Positions 25,409 through 26,053 of a stretch of DNA of 26,053 bases are shown piece after piece. The stretch is from Anaerolineae bacterium (GTDB lineage: Bacteria; Chloroflexota; Anaerolineae; S140-20). The DNA is taken from positions 1-26,053 of the forward strand of contig JALUTT010000139.1 in assembly GCA_027021705.1 (NCBI GenBank). Reading direction: 5' to 3'. A model generated the notes under the pieces. It made no database searches and had not been told where the DNA came from. It worked only from the letters and a program-made list of their open reading frames with translations. Position 1 is the first letter of the stretch, and each line of letters begins with the position of its first letter. The translations under genes were made by a program, and so were the position numbers.

Positions 25409-25553
25409 CGCAGTCCGCAGTCCGCTGTTTGGTCGGGTGGTCGCTTGGTCGCTTGGTCGCTTGGTCGGGTGGTCAGGTGGTCGCGTGGTCACTTGGTCCA
25501 CGGTCCTCAGTCCTCAGTCCGCTGCTAAGCCGCTAGGCCGCTAGGTCGCTAGG
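25409..25553. repeat. Composite short-repeat tract (TGGTCGCT/TGGTCGGG)n-(CTCAGTC)n-(CCGCTAGG)n
   Basis: Directly visible; inverse orientation of the 5497-5653 tract. Confidence 0.9.
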
Positions 25554-25579
25554 CCACCAGGCTGCTTGCTCCCTGCCCC

Positions 25580-25608
25580 TTGCGCCGGGAGCGGGATGAT
25601 GCTACAAT
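25580..25608 (+). promoter_or_regulatory. Putative sigma70 promoter, copy 2
   Basis: TTGCGC, 17 bp, TACAAT with extended -10 TG; about 50 bp upstream of GTG 25660. Confidence 0.65.
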
Positions 25609-25659
25609 CTTCTGCACTGCCGATTCCGGGAGCGACACACCGACGAGAGGAGGAAGACT

Positions 25660-26053
25660 GTGGGCCGGGCGGACATCGGGGGCAAGTACGTGCTGGCCGG
25701 CGAGCCGACGGAGTGGGCTCGCTGGCTGCTGGGAGACGAGACCATCCAGGTCGAGGAGCGGCTGTCGGGAGAGTTCCAGTTCCTGACGCGCCACAGCGAT
25801 GAGGTGCTACGAGCCCAAGGGCGGGAAGGCCCCTTCGTCCTGGTGGTCGAGGTCCAGTTGCGGGCGGACAAGCGGATGCCCCGGCGGATGCAAGCCTACG
25901 CGGCGCTGGCCGAGGATCGGTACGACCTGCCGGCCTACCCGCTGGTGCTCTACCTGCTGCCGCCGGGGGAGGGGGTGCAACTGCCGGAGCGGTACCATCA
26001 GGAGTTTATGGGCTTGACGGCCCGTCGGGACTTCCAGGTGGTGCGGGTGTGGG
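25660..26053 (+). CDS. Rpn-family recombination-promoting nuclease / putative transposase, 3'-truncated by the window edge
   Basis: Not in the ORF track because it has no stop. SD AGGAGG at 25648-25653, GTG start. Translates as MGRADIGGKYVL...EFQFLTRHSDEVL...VVEVQLRADKRMPRRMQAYAALAEDRYDLPAYPLVLYL, with PD-(D/E)xK-type D...ExQ and RM..Y motifs. Confidence 0.85.
   Translation, partial: MGRADIGGKYVLAGEPTEWARWLLGDETIQVEERLSGEFQFLTRHSDEVLRAQGREGPFVLVVEVQLRADKRMPRRMQAYAALAEDRYDLPAYPLVLYLLPPGEGVQLPERYHQEFMGLTARRDFQVVRVW

Overview
High-GC bacterial chromosome segment, probably Chloroflexota/Anaerolineae (inferred from the C-terminal 'WLPVV.R' motif and the intergenic 7-8-mer repeat tracts). All credible genes are on the + strand: the 3' part of a TPR protein (probably NLR/STAND-type), a secreted DUF5107-like protein, recF, an ADP-forming acyl-CoA synthetase, a four-gene lower-GC defence operon, a GH-like protein, an M1 peptidase lipoprotein, hutH, and the 5' part of an Rpn-family nuclease that the ORF track missed. 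The defence operon is type III R-M mod, a PHP-ABC/SMC ATPase, a Schlafen/AlbA_2-HATPase, then type III res. The main observation is that this ~9.7 kb operon has the boundaries of a single giant integron cassette. It starts at G|TTAGGCCATC (9526), just after a consensus TTGACA-16-TATAAT promoter. It ends in an attC-like site (19134-19217) whose GATGGCCTAAC arm is the exact reverse complement of that start. No intact integrase is in the window. The window also has two long non-CRISPR tandem arrays (~176 bp and ~161 bp units) and a family of modular microsatellite tracts in both orientations. All calls come from reading the sequence by eye; no searches were run.
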